64,000 bases of DNA from an uncultured Gemmataceae bacterium. GTDB taxonomy: Bacteria; Planctomycetota; Planctomycetia; Gemmatales; Gemmataceae. This document shows positions 62,315 through 64,000 of the stretch, one piece after another. Made by a program: the position numbers and the translations under genes. The stretch's first letter is position 1. Every line of letters begins with the position of its first letter. The stretch is from the NCBI GenBank assembly GCA_963750165.1, contig CAVVPN010000011.1:1216001-1280000 (forward strand), in the 5' to 3' direction. The notes under the pieces were generated by a model that saw nothing but the letters and a program-made list of their open reading frames with translations, was not told where the DNA came from and did no database searches.

Positions 62315-63655
62315 TTACGTATACCGTGAGCCCAGGTATTGCGGTTCGTAGAACGTCGGCAGCAGTCGGTCCACCTGCAGCAGGCCGGCGCGCGTCAGCT
62401 GCACGCTGCCGTTGTGCCGCGTCAGCTGGCCGGCCTGGGCCAGGCTCTCGAAGCCGGCCGCGAACTGCTCGAAAATCTCCACGCCGTACTTCTGCCGGAA
62501 GTACAACGCCTCCAGGTGCCCCGTCTTCAGCTGCAAGATCATCTCGCGGATCAGCCGCTGATGCGGCGGCACCGGCAGCGCCCGGCCCAATGGCAACTCG
62601 CCCTGCTCCAGCGCACCGAGGTACTTCTCCCACGTGTCCACGTTCTGCACGTGGACGCCGCCGACGTGGCCGAACGATGCCACGCCCGTGCCGAACATGT
62701 CCGCCCCGTGCCACAGGCTGTCGCGGTAGACGAAGTTGGTTTTGCTCCGGTCGCGCACCAGCGTGTAGGCGCTGGAGATGTGATAGCCAGCCTTCGTCAT
62801 CTCGTCGAAGGCGTAACTCACCCAGTCGCGCTTGGTCGGCCAGTCCGCGACCGGCGACTGCACCGGCTCGTCCTGACCGACGACGCGCAGTTCCTTGCTG
62901 ATGACCGTGTTGTACGGCAGCTCCATCTGGTAAATGGTCACGCTGTCCGGAGCCAGGGCGATGGTCTTGGCAACGCAGTCGCGCCAGTTCTCCCAGGTTT
63001 CGCCGACCATGCCGGCGATCAGGTCGATGTTGATCTGCTGGAAGTGCAGGGCGCGGGCCCAGTCGTAGGCCCGGAAAATCTCCGCCGACAGGTGGGCGCG
63101 GCCGTTCTCCTCCAGAATCCTGTCGCTGAAGTTTTCGATGCCCAGGCTGAGGCGCGTGACGCCGAGTTCCTTGAGCGTCTCCAGCTTGTGCTGTTGCAGC
63201 GTGCCGGGCTCGCACTCGAACGTGACCTCCGCGGCGTCGCGCCACGGGAGCAGTTTTTGCAGGGAGTCCACCAGGCCGCGCAGCTGCGCGGCGCTCAAAT
63301 AGGAGGGAGTGCCGCCGCCGAAGTAGAAGAAATGCAGCGGCCGGCCACCGACGATGGGCAGACGGCTGTACAGTTCGACTTCCCGGATGAGCGCTTGCAA
63401 GTAGGTTTCGATGTCACGGGCGTTCTTGTCGGTGTAGACGCGGAAGTAGCAGAATTTGCAACGTTTACGGCAAAAGGGGATGTGCAGGTACAGGCCGAGC
63501 GGCGTGTCGGGACGCGGCGGGCCGTTCAGGACGGCGTAAGCGTCGGGCAAAAATTGTGGCTGCCAGGCGGCAAAGGGCGGGTAGTTGGCGACGAAGTAGT
63601 TACCGAGGCCGGTCTGTTCCTGGGTGGCGTGTTGATCGCCCACACTCGTCGTCAT
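62315..63655 (-). CDS. HemN-like radical SAM protein
   Basis: LYLHIPFCRKRCKFCYF (CxxxCxxC); YFGGGTPS; RLSLGIENF; NIDLIAG; GTGVASFG. Confidence 0.92.
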   Translation of the reverse strand: MTTSVGDQHATQEQTGLGNYFVANYPPFAAWQPQFLPDAYAVLNGPPRPDTPLGLYLHIPFCRKRCKFCYFRVYTDKNARDIETYLQALIREVELYSRLPIVGGRPLHFFYFGGGTPSYLSAAQLRGLVDSLQKLLPWRDAAEVTFECEPGTLQQHKLETLKELGVTRLSLGIENFSDRILEENGRAHLSAEIFRAYDWARALHFQQINIDLIAGMVGETWENWRDCVAKTIALAPDSVTIYQMELPYNTVISKELRVVGQDEPVQSPVADWPTKRDWVSYAFDEMTKAGYHISSAYTLVRDRSKTNFVYRDSLWHGADMFGTGVASFGHVGGVHVQNVDTWEKYLGALEQGELPLGRALPVPPHQRLIREMILQLKTGHLEALYFRQKYGVEIFEQFAAGFESLAQAGQLTRHNGSVQLTRAGLLQVDRLLPTFYEPQYLGSRYT

Positions 63656-63835
63656 GGTGAGTTACCTGCAAGGTTGGTGGTGGGCGGCATTCCGGGGGGA
63701 GAGCAATTCTCTTCTCATTTTACGGCGGCCCCGCGGTGATGCAAGTAGGCGGAAGGCTGATCCGCCGTCGAAATGGTCCTGTCATCGCCGGAACGTACAA
63801 TGAGCGATGGGGCTGTCCTTTCACGCAGGTGCGCC

Positions 63836-64000
63836 ATGTTTGAAACACTCAGGCGAATGTTGAAGCCCGGCGACCGGGAAGCGGAGTTGCAAAGGCAGCT
63901 GGAAGACCTGCGGGCGAAGACGCCGGTGCCGGTGTTCTGGCTGTTCGGCAAGACGCAGAGCGGCAAGACCTCCACCATCAAATACCTGACTGGTGCCGAC
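63836..64000 (+). CDS. 5' end of a P-loop GTPase (Era/YcjF-associated type), runs off the window
   Basis: MFETLRRMLK...PVPVFWLFGKTQSGKTSTIKYLTGAD; Walker A GxxxxGKT. Confidence 0.75.
   Translation, partial: MFETLRRMLKPGDREAELQRQLEDLRAKTPVPVFWLFGKTQSGKTSTIKYLTGAD

Noticed and set aside
62315..63655. Calling this gene hemN or hemW
   Set aside because: It lacks PRYTSYP, and its context is not haem-related; specific function is unsupported.
1..64000. tRNA, rRNA or prophage genes
   Set aside because: No cloverleaf/T-loop signatures, rRNA-like tracts or phage hallmark genes were recognised by eye.

Overview
GC-rich bacterial DNA that reads as a Planctomycetota (Gemmataceae-like) chromosome segment. 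That assignment is inferred from a DUF1559 prepilin-type gene with its lipoprotein partner, TIGR03000/TIGR03067 domains, an LExR-type export signal and WD40/HEAT/PQQ-propeller proteins. The first third holds two very large surface proteins: the 3' end of a cohesin/dockerin-like protein and an FG-GAP/BNR/DUF4214 protein of about 3,600 aa split by one frameshift. It also has an HlyD-ABC exporter and a secreted esterase. The rest is mixed metabolic, regulatory and secreted-protein genes: GH15, two NUDIX, PduO-type adenosyltransferase, a half PFOR, FAH, quinone reductase, Uma2, NtrC-type regulator, Ser/Thr kinase, metallopeptidase, tandem WD40 paralogs and two PEP-CTERM proteins. About ten small frameshifts in otherwise intact genes are most likely long-read consensus errors. 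The most interesting signals are: (1) a HemN-like radical SAM / orphan GcvH-like lipoyl carrier / 2[4Fe-4S] protein operon; (2) five long palindromes built from three ~9-nt subrepeats per arm; (3) nested miniature elements in filled and empty forms; (4) a MazF toxin-antitoxin module bracketed by two tyrosine-transposase tail remnants; (5) sigma-54 promoters in front of both PEP-CTERM genes and the GH15 gene; (6) several gene husks that keep both termini but lack the middle. No rRNA, tRNA or CRISPR array was seen. All family assignments are motif recognition by eye, not database searches.
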